Positions 9,234-21,460 of a stretch of 64,000 bases of DNA are shown here, one piece after another. Each line of letters starts with the position of its first letter. Position 1 is the stretch's first letter. A program made the translations under genes and the position numbers. A model generated the notes under the pieces. The model saw only the letters and a list, made by a program, of their open reading frames with translations. It was not told the DNA's origin and made no database searches. Location of the stretch: the NCBI GenBank assembly GCA_963793105.1, contig CAWBZB010000004.1, forward strand, positions 220,210 to 284,209, given 5' to 3'. The DNA is from an uncultured bacterium. Its GTDB lineage: Bacteria; Actinomycetota; Actinomycetes; S36-B12.

Positions 9234-12200
9234 CCGATCCTGGCGACGAGGACCCGCTGGCCACCCTGTCGCCGGCCACCCGCGCCTGGTTCCACGGAGC
9301 CTTCGCCCTCGCCACGCCTGCCCAGCAGGGGGCCTGGTCGGCCATCGCGCGGGGCGACGACACCCTCGTCGTCGCACCCACGGGCAGCGGCAAGACCCTC
9401 GCCGCGTTCCTGCACGCCATCGACCGCCTCATGCACGAGGAGCCACCCACCGAGCGGCTGCGACGATGCCGCGTCCTGTACGTGTCCCCGTTGAAGGCCT
9501 TGGCGGTCGACGTCGAGCGCAACCTGCGCAGCCCGCTGGTCGGCATCCAGCGGGAGAGCACCCGGCTCGGCCTCGACGCAGCGGACGTGACCATCGGGAT
9601 CCGCACCGGGGACACCTCCCCCGCGGAACGGGCCCGGATCGCGAAGCGGCCGCCCGACATCCTCATCACCACACCCGAGTCCCTCTTCCTCATGCTGACC
9701 TCCCAGGCACGCGAGGCGCTGCGCGGCATCGACACGGTGATCGTCGACGAGGTGCACGCCGTCGCCGGAACCAAGCGCGGCGCCCACCTGGCCCTGTCGC
9801 TCGAGCGACTCGACCACCTCCTGGACCGCCCGGCCCAGCGCATCGGCCTGTCCGCCACGGTCAGCCCGGTCGAGGTGGTGGCCACCTACCTGCGGGCCGA
9901 CCACCCCGCCACGGTCGTCGCGCCGGCGAGCGAGAAGCTCTGGGACCTCCAGATCCGCGTCCCCGTGGACGACATGGGCGAGCTCGGCGCCGAATCCGCG
10001 ACCCCGGCTGGTCACGACGCGTCGATCGCCCGCACCTCCATCTGGCCGCACATCGACGAGCAGCTCGTCGACCTGATCGAGGAGCACCGCACCACGCTGG
10101 TGTTCGCCAACAGCCGCCGCCTCGCCGAGCGCATCACCGCCCAGGTGAACGAGATCGCCGCCGAGCGGGCACTGGCCCGCGGCCAGGGCGACCCCGGCGT
10201 CGTCGCCCGCGCCCACCACGGCTCGGTGAGCAAGGAGCAGCGGGCCATCATCGAGGACGACCTGAAGTCCGGCCGGCTCCCCGCCGTCGTCGCCACCAGC
10301 AGCCTGGAACTCGGCATCGACATGGGCACGATCGACCTCGTCGTCCAGGTCGAGACGCCGCCCAGTGTCGCCAGCGGACTCCAGCGGGTCGGGCGCGCCG
10401 GGCACCAGGTAGGTGCCGTCAGCCGCGGCATCGTGTTCCCCAAGTACCGGGGGGATCTCGTCACCGCCGCCGTCGTGATCGCGCGCATGCGCCAGGGGCT
10501 GATCGAGGACCTTCGCATGCCCCGCACACCGCTCGACGTGCTAGCCCAGCAGATCGTGGCGTGCGTCGCCATGGATGACTGGGACGTCGACGACCTGCTC
10601 GCCATGGTGCGGCGTGCGGCTCCCTTCACCACCCTGACCGATGCCGTCCTCGACGCGGTCCTCGACATGCTCTCGGGCCGGTATCCCTCGGACGAGTTCG
10701 CAGAACTGCGGCCCCGGCTGGTCTGGGACCGCGACCGCCGCCGGCTCACGTCCCGGCCCGGGTCGCAGCGGCTGGCGGTGACCAGCGGCGGGACGATCCC
10801 CGATCGAGGCCTATTCGCCGTGTACCTCGTCGGCGAGGGCGGCTCCCGGGTCGGCGAGCTGGACGAGGAGATGGTCTACGAGTCGCGCGTGGGCGACGTC
10901 ATCGCCCTGGGCGCCTCGTCCTGGCGCATCGAGGACATCACCCACGATCGCGTCCTCGTCTCCCCCGCGCCCGGGCAGCCCGGGCGCCTGCCGTTCTGGC
11001 ACGGTGACGCGCTCGGTCGGCCCGCCGCCCTCGGGGAGGCCGTCGGCGCGTTCGTCCGGTCGCTCGACCGGTCGAAGGATCCCCGCGACCTGCTGGACGG
11101 CTCGGGCCTGGACGACCGTGCCGCGGCGAACCTCGTGCAGTACGTCCGCGAGCAGGCTGAGGCCACCGGTCAGGTGCCCACCGACGCCGCGATCGTGGTC
11201 GAGCGGTTCCGGGACGAGCTCGGCGACTGGCGCGTCGTCGTGCACTCCCCGTTCGGTGCCCGGGTGCACGCCCCCTGGGCGCTGGCTCTCGGTGCCCGGG
11301 TTCGCGAGGAGATCGGCATCGACGCGCAGGTCATGCACGCCGACGACGGCATCGTGATGCGGCTGCCGGACACCGACGACGAGGAGTCGGCTCGCTCGAT
11401 CATCGAGCTGATCGCCATCGATCCGGACGAGATCGAGGCCCTGGTGACAGCCGAGGTGGGTGGGTCTGCGCTGTTCGCCTCGCGGTTCCGCGAGTGCGCG
11501 GCACGGGCCCTGCTGCTGCCTCGCCGCCGACCGGACCGACGCACGCCGCTCTGGCAGCAGCGCCAGCGATCCGCTCACCTCCTCGGGGTGGCCGCCGAGT
11601 TCGCCTCGTTCCCGATCATCCTCGAGACCGTGCGCGAGTGCCTGCAGGACGTCTACGACGTGCCCGCGCTGCGCGACCTGCTCTCACGCATCCACGACGG
11701 CCGCATCCGCGTCCACGAAGCGTCCACCCAGCAGCCCTCGCCGTTCGCGCAGTCGCTGCTGTTCGGCTACGTCGCCTCCTTCCTGTACGAAGGCGACTCC
11801 CCGCTGGCCGAGCGCAGGGCCCAGGCCCTCACCCTCGACCCCGGCCTGCTGGCCGAGCTCCTGGGGACACCGGAACTGCGCGATCTCCTCGACGCCGACG
11901 CGCTGGACGAGGTCGAGGCCGAGCTCCAGCACCTGACTCCTGCCCTTCGTGCGCGGGACGTCGAGGACGCGGCCGACCTCCTGCGGCTGCTGGGCCCGAT
12001 GTCCGATGCCCAGGCGCGGGAGCGTGGCGTCGATCCCGCCTGGCTGGCGGACCTGCGCGCGCAGCGGCGCGCCTTCGTGGTCCGGTTTGCGGGAGAGGAG
12101 CGCACAGCCGCCGTCGAGGACGCCGGCCGCCTGCGTGACGCGGTGGGGGTGCCGCTGCCCGTCGGGCTGCCCGAAGCCCACCTGGCCGTCGTGGCCGATC

Positions 12201-13702
12201 CGCTGGGGGATGTCGTCGGCCGGTACGCGCGCACCCACGCCCCGTTCACCGCGGACCAGGCCTCGGCCGACCTCGGACTGCCGGCCGCAGTCGCCCTGGA
12301 CGTGCTGAACCGGCTCGTCGGGGCCCACCGGGTGGTCCGCGGGGAGTTCCGGCCGGGCGGGGCACACACCGAGTTCTGCGACGTCGACGTGCTGCGGCGG
12401 ATCCGACGCCGCAGCATCGCCCGCCTCCGGCACGAGATCGAGCCGGTGCCACCCCGGCGGTACGCCGCGTTCCTGCCGCAGTGGCAGCAGGTCGCGCCGC
12501 ATGGGCAGCGTTCAGCGCGACGCGGCACCGACGGGTGCTACGAGGTGATCGAGCAGCTGGCCGGAACGGCCCTGCCGGCCAGCACGTGGTTGCGGGCCGT
12601 CCTGCCCGCCCGAGTCGACGACGCCCACGACGGAATGCTGGACGAGCTGATCGGTGCGGGGGACGTCGTGTGGTGGGGGGTCTCCGCGCTGCCAGGCGGC
12701 GACGGCGTCGTGTGCCTCGCCCCCACCGATCGGTCCGCCGAGCTCCGTCAGCCGCCCAGTCCCCTGGAACCCGAACCCGTGGCCGATGCCGTGGTCGCCG
12801 CCCTGCGCGCAGGGGGCGCCCAGTTCTTCCGCGAGATCGCCGACTGCGTGGGCGCTGAGGTGACGGTCCCCGACCCGGTGCTCGTCGACGCGCTCTGGCG
12901 TCTGGTGTGGTCCGGGCAGATCACCAACGACGGCTGGTCGGCCCTGCGTGCCCGGATCGGCGGCGGCAGCACCCGCACGGTGCGTCGTCGTGGCCGGCAG
13001 AGCCTGCCGACGCGCGCGGGGCCGCCGGCGGCAGCCGGCCGCTGGTCCCTGCTTCCCGCACCCGTCGTCGACCCCACCCGTACGGCGAGCGCCCTCGGGC
13101 AGGCGCTCCTCGACCGCCATGGGATCGTCACCCGGGGCACCGTGGCGTCGGAGCGGGTGACCGGGGGCTTCTCCGCCGTGTATCGGGTGCTCTCCGCCTT
13201 CGAAGACGCCGGCCGGTGTCGACGCGTGTACGCGATCGAGGGCCTCGGTGCCGCCCAGTTCGCCGTGCCCGCCGCCGTGGATCGGCTGCGCTCCCAGCCT
13301 CCGGCGCGCAGCCGCCGGGAGGGGAGCGCACCGGAGGTGGTCGTCCTCGCCGCCACCGACCCCGCCAACGCCTACGGGGCCGCGTTGCCCTGGCCGGCCC
13401 TCCCGGGAACCGATGTCGCGCACCGTCCCGGGCGAAAGGCGGGAGCCTTCCTCGCGCTCGTGGACGGCGAGCCGGCTGTCTACGTCGAGCGCGGCGGTCG
13501 TTCACTGCTGATGTGGGACCTGCCGGACGAGAGCCTGTGGGCCGCGTTGGCGGCCCTGGCCCAGGGGTGGCCGCAGCACGGATTGGGCCGGGCGGTCGTC
13601 ACGAAGGTCAACGCCGCCGCCCCCACGGAGAACGTCGTACGCCTGCTCACTGCCGCGGGGTTCCTGCCCACGCCGCGTGGCCTGCGCTTCCCGCGGCACT
13701 AG
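9230..13702 (+). CDS. lhr: ATP-dependent helicase Lhr (large helicase-related)
   Basis: About 1490 aa from the GTG at 9230, which overlaps the upstream stop as GTGA. SF2 motifs APTGSGKTL, DEVH, SATV and HHGSVSKEQR, with a long Lhr-type C-terminal extension. Confidence 0.9.
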   Translation: MTDPGDEDPLATLSPATRAWFHGAFALATPAQQGAWSAIARGDDTLVVAPTGSGKTLAAFLHAIDRLMHEEPPTERLRRCRVLYVSPLKALAVDVERNLRSPLVGIQRESTRLGLDAADVTIGIRTGDTSPAERARIAKRPPDILITTPESLFLMLTSQAREALRGIDTVIVDEVHAVAGTKRGAHLALSLERLDHLLDRPAQRIGLSATVSPVEVVATYLRADHPATVVAPASEKLWDLQIRVPVDDMGELGAESATPAGHDASIARTSIWPHIDEQLVDLIEEHRTTLVFANSRRLAERITAQVNEIAAERALARGQGDPGVVARAHHGSVSKEQRAIIEDDLKSGRLPAVVATSSLELGIDMGTIDLVVQVETPPSVASGLQRVGRAGHQVGAVSRGIVFPKYRGDLVTAAVVIARMRQGLIEDLRMPRTPLDVLAQQIVACVAMDDWDVDDLLAMVRRAAPFTTLTDAVLDAVLDMLSGRYPSDEFAELRPRLVWDRDRRRLTSRPGSQRLAVTSGGTIPDRGLFAVYLVGEGGSRVGELDEEMVYESRVGDVIALGASSWRIEDITHDRVLVSPAPGQPGRLPFWHGDALGRPAALGEAVGAFVRSLDRSKDPRDLLDGSGLDDRAAANLVQYVREQAEATGQVPTDAAIVVERFRDELGDWRVVVHSPFGARVHAPWALALGARVREEIGIDAQVMHADDGIVMRLPDTDDEESARSIIELIAIDPDEIEALVTAEVGGSALFASRFRECAARALLLPRRRPDRRTPLWQQRQRSAHLLGVAAEFASFPIILETVRECLQDVYDVPALRDLLSRIHDGRIRVHEASTQQPSPFAQSLLFGYVASFLYEGDSPLAERRAQALTLDPGLLAELLGTPELRDLLDADALDEVEAELQHLTPALRARDVEDAADLLRLLGPMSDAQARERGVDPAWLADLRAQRRAFVVRFAGEERTAAVEDAGRLRDAVGVPLPVGLPEAHLAVVADPLGDVVGRYARTHAPFTADQASADLGLPAAVALDVLNRLVGAHRVVRGEFRPGGAHTEFCDVDVLRRIRRRSIARLRHEIEPVPPRRYAAFLPQWQQVAPHGQRSARRGTDGCYEVIEQLAGTALPASTWLRAVLPARVDDAHDGMLDELIGAGDVVWWGVSALPGGDGVVCLAPTDRSAELRQPPSPLEPEPVADAVVAALRAGGAQFFREIADCVGAEVTVPDPVLVDALWRLVWSGQITNDGWSALRARIGGGSTRTVRRRGRQSLPTRAGPPAAAGRWSLLPAPVVDPTRTASALGQALLDRHGIVTRGTVASERVTGGFSAVYRVLSAFEDAGRCRRVYAIEGLGAAQFAVPAAVDRLRSQPPARSRREGSAPEVVVLAATDPANAYGAALPWPALPGTDVAHRPGRKAGAFLALVDGEPAVYVERGGRSLLMWDLPDESLWAALAALAQGWPQHGLGRAVVTKVNAAAPTENVVRLLTAAGFLPTPRGLRFPRH

Positions 13703-13750
13703 CCGTTCATCGGCCGAGCCGTGTGCGGGTCCCAGACGAGAAGCAGGTGA

Positions 13751-14014
13751 TCAGACGATCGAGAAGGCGGGCGGAGTCGATTCCGCCTCCGCCACCTGGT
13801 AGCTCACCGAGGCCAGCACGTCGGAGAGGGACACCTCGAGGGCCCCGCAGATCGCGGCCAGCAGCTCGCTGGATGCCTCCTTCTGACCCCGCTCCACCTC
13901 GGAGAGGTAGCCCAGGGAGACGGCGGCGGCACCCGAGACATCGCGAAGGGTGCGGCCCTGATCCTGGCGCCGGCGACGCAACTCGTCACCGATCACCTGA
14001 CGAAGAACGATCAT
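13751..14014 (-). CDS. clgR: XRE-family HTH regulator, ClgR-like
   Basis: 87 aa; [46 protein letters not shown] resembles ClgR. It sits in the conserved position next to cinA-pgsA. A TAGACT -10-like hexamer is at 14048-14053 on the minus strand. Confidence 0.7.
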   Translation of the reverse strand: MIVLRQVIGDELRRRRQDQGRTLRDVSGAAAVSLGYLSEVERGQKEASSELLAAICGALEVSLSDVLASVSYQVAEAESTPPAFSIV

Positions 14015-14143
14015 GATGCCTCCCTCCCGCTGTGCGGCGGATCATCGAGTCTACCCCTGTCGGACGCATTCCGCCCGGGTGTGGTTCCTGAGTGGCCGGA
14101 ACGCTCGACGGCATCCGGCTATTCCCGCGCCACGATGCGCGAG

Positions 14144-14632
14144 TCACGCCTCGGGGTCGGCCTCCCCCAGGGTTCGCATCGTCAGGGACAGGCATGCCTG
14201 CACGACTGCGTTCCGGATCTCCGCTCGGGAGCCTGACAGGGACAGGTGCTCGGCGCGGCTCTGCGAGGCGGTCGCGACCGCGATCCAGACCGACCCGGCC
14301 GGCTCTCCATCATGCGGTTCCGGCCCGGCGGCCCCGGTCGTCCCGATGCCGACGTCGGCCCCGAGCACCCGCGCGGAGCCGACGGCCATTGCCCGCGCCA
14401 CCGCCTCGCTCACCACCCCACGCGCCACGACGTCCTCAGGCACGTCCAGCAGGGCCGTCTTCACCCCCGTCTGGTAGGCGACGATGCCGCCCCGCAGCAC
14501 GGCCGAACAGCCCGGCACGCTGGCGAGGACACCGGATACCAGTCCGGCAGTGATCGACTCCCCAGTCGCCACGGTCAGTCCGCGCGTCAGGAGAGCGGCT
14601 ACGACGTCGGCCGCCGTGGAGTCACGCGGCAC
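14144..14632 (-). CDS. CinA C-terminal domain / nicotinamide-nucleotide amidohydrolase family protein
   Basis: 162 aa with LTVATGESITAGLVSGVLASVPGCS and GIGTTGAAGP motifs of the CinA/PncC domain. It overlaps the pgsA stop by 11 nt. Confidence 0.85.
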   Translation of the reverse strand: MPRDSTAADVVAALLTRGLTVATGESITAGLVSGVLASVPGCSAVLRGGIVAYQTGVKTALLDVPEDVVARGVVSEAVARAMAVGSARVLGADVGIGTTGAAGPEPHDGEPAGSVWIAVATASQSRAEHLSLSGSRAEIRNAVVQACLSLTMRTLGEADPEA

Positions 14633-15254
14633 GGTGCTCTCCGAGGTTGGTGCGGGTCGCGAGCGGCTGCCGTCGCAGGCGCACCGCCCGCACGACGTAG
14701 TCCAGCCCGGTCGCGACGGTGAGGACGACGGCCACGCTCATGACGATCGCCGCTGCCGTCGACCACCACGGCAGCGCGACATCCATCAGGTACATCGCGA
14801 TCGCCACGGTCTGGACGACCGTCTTGAGCTTTCCCCCGCGACTGGCCGGGATCACGCCGTGCTCGATGACCCAGAACCGCAGCAGCGTCACGCCGACCTC
14901 GCGCACGAGGATCACGATCGTCACCCACCACGGGAGGTCGCCCAGGATCGACAGCCCGATGAGCGCGACGCCGGTCAGGGCCTTGTCCGCGATCGGGTCG
15001 GCGATCTTGCCGAACGTCGTGACCAGCCCGTATCGTCGCGCGATCGCCCCGTCCATGAAGTCGGTCACTGACGCGAGCACGAACACGATGGCGGCGGCGT
15101 CCCGGGCCGGGCCCAAGGTGCCGTTGTCCACGGCCAGCAGGAGGGCAAGCACCGGGACGCACAGGACCCGCAGGACGGTCAGCGCGTTCGGCAGGTTGAC
15201 GACCGGCGCATCGCCGATCGGATCGGCGGCGCGATCCGGGATCGGCGCCCTCAT
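14622..15254 (-). CDS. pgsA: CDP-diacylglycerol--glycerol-3-phosphate 3-phosphatidyltransferase
   Basis: 210 aa with the CDP-alcohol phosphatidyltransferase motif [31 protein letters not shown] overlap with the rimO stop. Confidence 0.9.
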   Translation of the reverse strand: MRAPIPDRAADPIGDAPVVNLPNALTVLRVLCVPVLALLLAVDNGTLGPARDAAAIVFVLASVTDFMDGAIARRYGLVTTFGKIADPIADKALTGVALIGLSILGDLPWWVTIVILVREVGVTLLRFWVIEHGVIPASRGGKLKTVVQTVAIAMYLMDVALPWWSTAAAIVMSVAVVLTVATGLDYVVRAVRLRRQPLATRTNLGEHRAA

Positions 15255-16720
15255 CCGGCGGTCTCGACGTACCGGGCGACGAGGTCGACACCCTCGGCGT
15301 CAATGACCACCGCCTCGATCAGCGCACCCACCTCCACGGTCGCCTCACCCAGGCGCACCGTCGTCGTGGCGTCGTCGGGGCCCTGGTGACCGGCTCGGCC
15401 GACCGCCAGCGCACGCTCGTCCTCGTCGTAGTCGATGGCCTCGACCAGCACCCAGACGGTCTCGCCGATCCGGTCCTCGGCACGCTGGGCCATGACCTCG
15501 TCGACGAGTGCCGTGGTCTCCTCGACACGGGCCCGGACGACGTCCGCCTCCACCTTGTCAGGGAGGTCCGCCGCCTCGGTGCCGTCCTCGTCGCTGTACC
15601 CGAAGACCCCCACCGCATCGAGGCGGGCCTCCTCCAGGAACGCCAGCAGCTCAGCGAACTCCTCCTCGGTCTCCCCCGGGAACCCGACGATGACGTTGCT
15701 GCGGATCCCGGCCGCCGGATCCAGCGTCCGGATCCTCTCGACCAGGTCCAGGAACTCGTGACGCCCCCCGAAGCGGCGCATCCGGCGAAGCACGGTCGGG
15801 CTGGCGTGCTGGAACGACAGGTCGTAGTACGGCGCGACCACTGACGTGCGCGCGATCGCGACCAGCAGGTCCTGGCGGACCTCCGCCGGCTGCAGGTAGG
15901 CCAGCCGGACGCGCGAGATCCCCGTGTCGGTCCCCAGCTGCGGAAGCAGCGCCTCCAGCAGCCGCAGGTCGCCGAGATCCTTGCCGTAGGACGTGGAGTT
16001 CTCACTGACGAGGACCGCCTCGCGCACGCCCTCCCCCACCAGCCAGGCGACCTCTGCCAGCACGTCGGCGGGGAGCCGGGAGACGAACGATCCGCGGAAG
16101 GAGGGGATGGCGCAGAAGGTGCAACGGCGGTCGCACCCCGAGGCCAGCTTCACGGGCGCGACCGGGCTGCCGTCGAGCCGGCGTCGCAGGACCGGAGGCT
16201 GCCACCCGGGCACCTGCTCCGTGTCCGTGCTCGAGCCGTGCCCGGGTACGTCGCCGACCGCGGCCTGCCGGTCCACTGGGGAGATCGGCAGCAACTGGCG
16301 TCGATCGGTGGGGGTGTGCGGGACGTGCACCTCGCCCGCGACGATGCGACGGAGCTTCTCGCCGATGTCCGGGTAGTCGTCGAATCCCAGAACCGCGTCC
16401 GCCTCGGGGAGCGACTCGGCGAGCTCCCGCCCGTACCGCTCGGCCAGGCACCCGACCGCGACGACCGCCTGCGGGCCGCTGCCTTCGGACTTCAGGTCGG
16501 CCACGGACAGGATCGCGTCGATCGAGTCCTTCTTCGCGACATCGACGAACCCGCACGTATTGACGAGGACCGCGTCCGCCTCCTCGGGATCCTCGACGAG
16601 GAGCCATCCGTTCGCCGCCAGACGCGCGGCCATCTCCTCGGAGTCCACCTCGTTGCGCGCACATCCGAGCGTGAGGACGGCCACCCGCTGCGCCGGCGCA
16701 GGGATCTCGGACAGGGTCAC
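15251..16720 (-). CDS. rimO: Radical-SAM methylthiotransferase, RimO-type (ribosomal protein S12)
   Basis: 489 aa with N-terminal [12 protein letters not shown], the radical SAM cluster [11 protein letters not shown] and a C-terminal TRAM-like domain. Its position between ftsK and pgsA matches actinobacterial rimO. MiaB is not fully excluded. Confidence 0.75.
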   Translation of the reverse strand: MTLSEIPAPAQRVAVLTLGCARNEVDSEEMAARLAANGWLLVEDPEEADAVLVNTCGFVDVAKKDSIDAILSVADLKSEGSGPQAVVAVGCLAERYGRELAESLPEADAVLGFDDYPDIGEKLRRIVAGEVHVPHTPTDRRQLLPISPVDRQAAVGDVPGHGSSTDTEQVPGWQPPVLRRRLDGSPVAPVKLASGCDRRCTFCAIPSFRGSFVSRLPADVLAEVAWLVGEGVREAVLVSENSTSYGKDLGDLRLLEALLPQLGTDTGISRVRLAYLQPAEVRQDLLVAIARTSVVAPYYDLSFQHASPTVLRRMRRFGGRHEFLDLVERIRTLDPAAGIRSNVIVGFPGETEEEFAELLAFLEEARLDAVGVFGYSDEDGTEAADLPDKVEADVVRARVEETTALVDEVMAQRAEDRIGETVWVLVEAIDYDEDERALAVGRAGHQGPDDATTTVRLGEATVEVGALIEAVVIDAEGVDLVARYVETAG

Positions 16721-16754
16721 GTCCCCAGCCTACGCAGTCGTCGGAGCGCGCCTG

Positions 16755-17000
16755 TCAGTTGATCGGGTGGCTGGGGAGGTCGCGGTCGAACGCCTCGATC
16801 AGATCCTCGGGATCCAGCCCCAGGACCGGCGCCATCGAGCGGAGCTGTCCTCGCGCGTAGACGACGCCGCCGCAGTGACTGAAGTCGTCCTGCTCCATCG
16901 CGGAGAGGATCGATGCACGCAGCTTGGTGGCCTGCGCGAGATCGTCCAGGCTCATGCCTCGTGCGGTTCGCGCGGCGCTCAGCATCTGCCCAGCCGACAT
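16755..17000 (-). CDS. Small helix-turn-helix protein (RodZ-N/XRE-like)
   Basis: About 81 aa from the ATG at 17000 (SD GAGG 6 nt upstream); the track start is the GTG at 17006. HTH MSLDDLAQATKLRASILSAMEQDDF. Confidence 0.6.
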   Translation of the reverse strand: MSAGQMLSAARTARGMSLDDLAQATKLRASILSAMEQDDFSHCGGVVYARGQLRSMAPVLGLDPEDLIEAFDRDLPSHPIN

Positions 17001-17002
17001 GG

Positions 17003-19627
17003 TCACCTCACTCGCCTAGCCCCGTCACAGCATCGTAGGCCGCAGCGGAACGTCGCCGCAGCGGAACTTCTGCGCGGGGGTCCTACTCCGCCGCCGCCGC
17101 GCAGGATGAGCAGCAGCCCCGGGAGGTCGTCCGGCTTGACGAGGACCTCCCGCGCCTTGGATCCCTCGCTGGGGCCGACCACCCCGCGGGACTCCATGAG
17201 GTCCATCAGGCGACCGGCCTTGGCGAAGCCGACCCGAAGCTTGCGCTGCAGCATCGACGTCGAGCCGAACTGGGTCGACACCACGAGTTCGACCGCCTGC
17301 AGCAGGATGTCCAGGTCATCGCCGATCTCCTCGTCCACGTCACGGGCCGTCGACGGAGCAGCCACCACGTCCGGGATGAACTCGGCCTCCCCCTGCGCCT
17401 TGCAGTGCTCCACGACCGCCCGGATCTCGGCCTCCGACACGAAGGCTCCCTGGATGCGCATGGACTTGTTTGCGCCCATCGGCAGGAACAGCCCGTCGCC
17501 CTGTCCGACCAGCTTCTCCGCGCCCGGCTGGTCGAGGATGACCCTGCTGTCCGCGAGACTCGACGTGGCGAAGGCCAGTCGGCTCGGGACATTGGCCTTG
17601 ATCAGGCCGGTGACGACGTCGACGCTCGGACGCTGGGTGGCCAGGACCAGGTGAATGCCGGCCGCCCGCGCCAGCTGGGTGATGCGGACGATGGCGTCCT
17701 CCACATCGCGTGGGGCGACCATCATCAGGTCTGCGAGCTCGTCGACGATCACGAGCAGGTAGGGGTACGGCTCGACCACTCGCTCGCTTCCCGGCAGCGG
17801 CTTGACCTTCCCCGCCTGAACCGCGCGATTGAACTCGTCGACGTGACGGAACCCGAAATGGGCGAGGTCGTCGTAGCGGCGGTCCATCTCCTTCACGACC
17901 CACTGAAGGGCGTCCGCCGCCTTCTTGGGGCTCGTGATGATGGGGGTGATGAGGTGCGGAACCCCCTCGTAGGCCGAGAGCTCCACCCGCTTGGGATCCA
18001 CCAGGATCAGCCGTACCTCCTCGGGCGTGGCCCTCATGAGGATCGACGTGATCAGGCTGTTGATGCAGCTCGACTTGCCCGCGCCCGTGGCGCCCGCGAC
18101 CAGGAGGTGCGGCATGCGCGCCAGGTTGGCGACGACGAAACCGCCCTCCACGTCCTTGCCCAGGGCCGCCGCGAGCACATGGTGGTCCGACGTGGCGGTG
18201 GTGCTGCGGAGCACATCGCCCAGGGCGACGAGCTCGCGATCGGTGTTGGGGATCTCGACGCCGATCGCCTTCTTGCCCGGGATCGGGCTGAGGATGCGGA
18301 CGTCGGCACTCGCCACGGCGTACGCGATGTTCTTGCTCAATGCGGTGACGCGCTCCACCTTGACGCTCGGGCCGAGCTCGATCTCATAGCGGGTCACCGT
18401 CGGACCGCGCATGAAGCCGGTGACCGTCGCGTCGATGGCGAACTGCTCCATGACCTCGGTCAGGGCCGCGACGACGTGCTGGTTCGACTTCGTGGCCGTC
18501 TTGTGGGTCGGGCCCGTCTTCAGGAGGTCGCGCTTCGGCAGGACGTACTTCGAGCGCCGCGGGATGGTCAGCTGCCGGGGACGCACGGGCGGCGCATCGG
18601 CCGAGATCACGACGGTCTCGCTCCTGGCCGGATGCCCGAAGGCGTGGGGCTGCGTGAGCATCGTCCCGTCATCGGGCTCCTGGACCACGAGGCTCGTGGT
18701 GTCGTACCCGGCTGCGCTGACCCCGGCCATGAGGATGGCCGCCGGCCGTTCCTCGTCCTCGAGGATGGTCGTGTACTGGAGGTCGTCAAGGGCCTCGTCG
18801 GCGAACGCACTCTCGTCCGCCTCATCGTCGGCAGCAGCATCGGCGTCCCCGTCGGGGGCCTCCTCGGACCGGTTGCGATGCACCAGTCCGACGGCCCCGC
18901 GAACGATCCGGGTCGAGCGCGCCCGAACCGAGGCGATCGAGGTCGCCGTCAGGACGAGAAGACCGAAGGCGATGAGGAGGGCGAGGATGAGTCCGGTGAC
19001 GATGGGCCCGACCGCGGCCTCGATCGGCGCGGTGGCGATCCACCCCACGACCCCGCCGCCGCCGGCCATGGCCTCGCCACCGTCGCTGGGCGTGGCTGCG
19101 CCCATGACGAGGTGCCACATCCCGATCGCCCCCACCAGCACGGCGGCCGCACCGATGACCAGGCGTCCGGTCGTCGCGTTGTCGTCCGGGTGCCGGAGGT
19201 ACCGCCAGGCAAGGGCGAGCAGGATCAGCGGCGACAGCCAGGCGAGTGAGCCGATCAGGGCCGTGATGACCATGCTGGCCCAGGCGACGAACCAGCCGTC
19301 CACCCCGAACCAGGTGGCCGCGATGAGCACGGCAGCCCCGGCGATGAGGGCCAGGCCCAGCCCGTCACGGCGGTGCGCAGGGTCGAGGTCGCGGGCACCA
19401 CGTCCGATCGCGCGAGCGGCCGCGCCGACCAGGTGCGCGAGTCCCACCCACATCGCTCGGATCATCCGGCCGATGGCGGCGATCGTGCGCGGCACCGGGC
19501 CTGGGCGCACGGGTCGTCGAGCGGGCGCCGGCCGGGACTTGGGCGGCCGCTTCTTGGCGGCGGGTCGGCGGGTGGACTTCGCGGCAGCCCGAGACGGCCG
19601 CGCAGGGGAAGACGTGCGGGAAGCCAT
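17003..19627 (-). CDS. ftsK: DNA translocase FtsK
   Basis: 874 aa: basic N-terminus, 4 TM helices, an acidic/Pro linker, a motor domain with Walker A GATGAGKS, and a gamma domain [31 protein letters not shown]. Confidence 0.95.
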   Translation of the reverse strand: MASRTSSPARPSRAAAKSTRRPAAKKRPPKSRPAPARRPVRPGPVPRTIAAIGRMIRAMWVGLAHLVGAAARAIGRGARDLDPAHRRDGLGLALIAGAAVLIAATWFGVDGWFVAWASMVITALIGSLAWLSPLILLALAWRYLRHPDDNATTGRLVIGAAAVLVGAIGMWHLVMGAATPSDGGEAMAGGGGVVGWIATAPIEAAVGPIVTGLILALLIAFGLLVLTATSIASVRARSTRIVRGAVGLVHRNRSEEAPDGDADAAADDEADESAFADEALDDLQYTTILEDEERPAAILMAGVSAAGYDTTSLVVQEPDDGTMLTQPHAFGHPARSETVVISADAPPVRPRQLTIPRRSKYVLPKRDLLKTGPTHKTATKSNQHVVAALTEVMEQFAIDATVTGFMRGPTVTRYEIELGPSVKVERVTALSKNIAYAVASADVRILSPIPGKKAIGVEIPNTDRELVALGDVLRSTTATSDHHVLAAALGKDVEGGFVVANLARMPHLLVAGATGAGKSSCINSLITSILMRATPEEVRLILVDPKRVELSAYEGVPHLITPIITSPKKAADALQWVVKEMDRRYDDLAHFGFRHVDEFNRAVQAGKVKPLPGSERVVEPYPYLLVIVDELADLMMVAPRDVEDAIVRITQLARAAGIHLVLATQRPSVDVVTGLIKANVPSRLAFATSSLADSRVILDQPGAEKLVGQGDGLFLPMGANKSMRIQGAFVSEAEIRAVVEHCKAQGEAEFIPDVVAAPSTARDVDEEIGDDLDILLQAVELVVSTQFGSTSMLQRKLRVGFAKAGRLMDLMESRGVVGPSEGSKAREVLVKPDDLPGLLLILRGGGGVGPPRRSSAAATFRCGLRCCDGARRVR

Positions 19628-19691
19628 GCTGGGAGCCTACTGGTCACACCCCACTGGTAACGGTAGTCACACGCGCCACACCCCACTTTGT

Positions 19692-19749
19692 CGAGTGGCC
19701 AGTTGTCGTGGTCAAAACGGGCACGTGGACCACGACAACTGGCCACTCG
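19692..19749. repeat. Perfect 22-bp inverted repeat (stem-loop) between rnj and ftsK
   Basis: CGAGTGGCCAGTTGTCGTGGTC (19692-19713), a 14-nt loop AAAACGGGCACGTG, then GACCACGACAACTGGCCACTCG (19728-19749). The arms are exact reverse complements. No U/T tract follows on either strand. Confidence 0.9.
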
Positions 19750-19780
19750 GCGAGAAGGGAACGAAGGAGCGGGGGGCGGG

Positions 19781-21456
<1,676 letters not shown>

Positions 21457-21460
<4 letters not shown>

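Noticed and set aside
14126-14141. The palindrome CGCGC-CACGAT-GCGCG upstream of clgR, considered as a ClgR operator (CGC-N5-GCG type).
   Set aside because: The spacing does not fit the published ClgR box. It abuts the cinA stop, more than 110 nt from the clgR ATG. GC palindromes of this size are common here.
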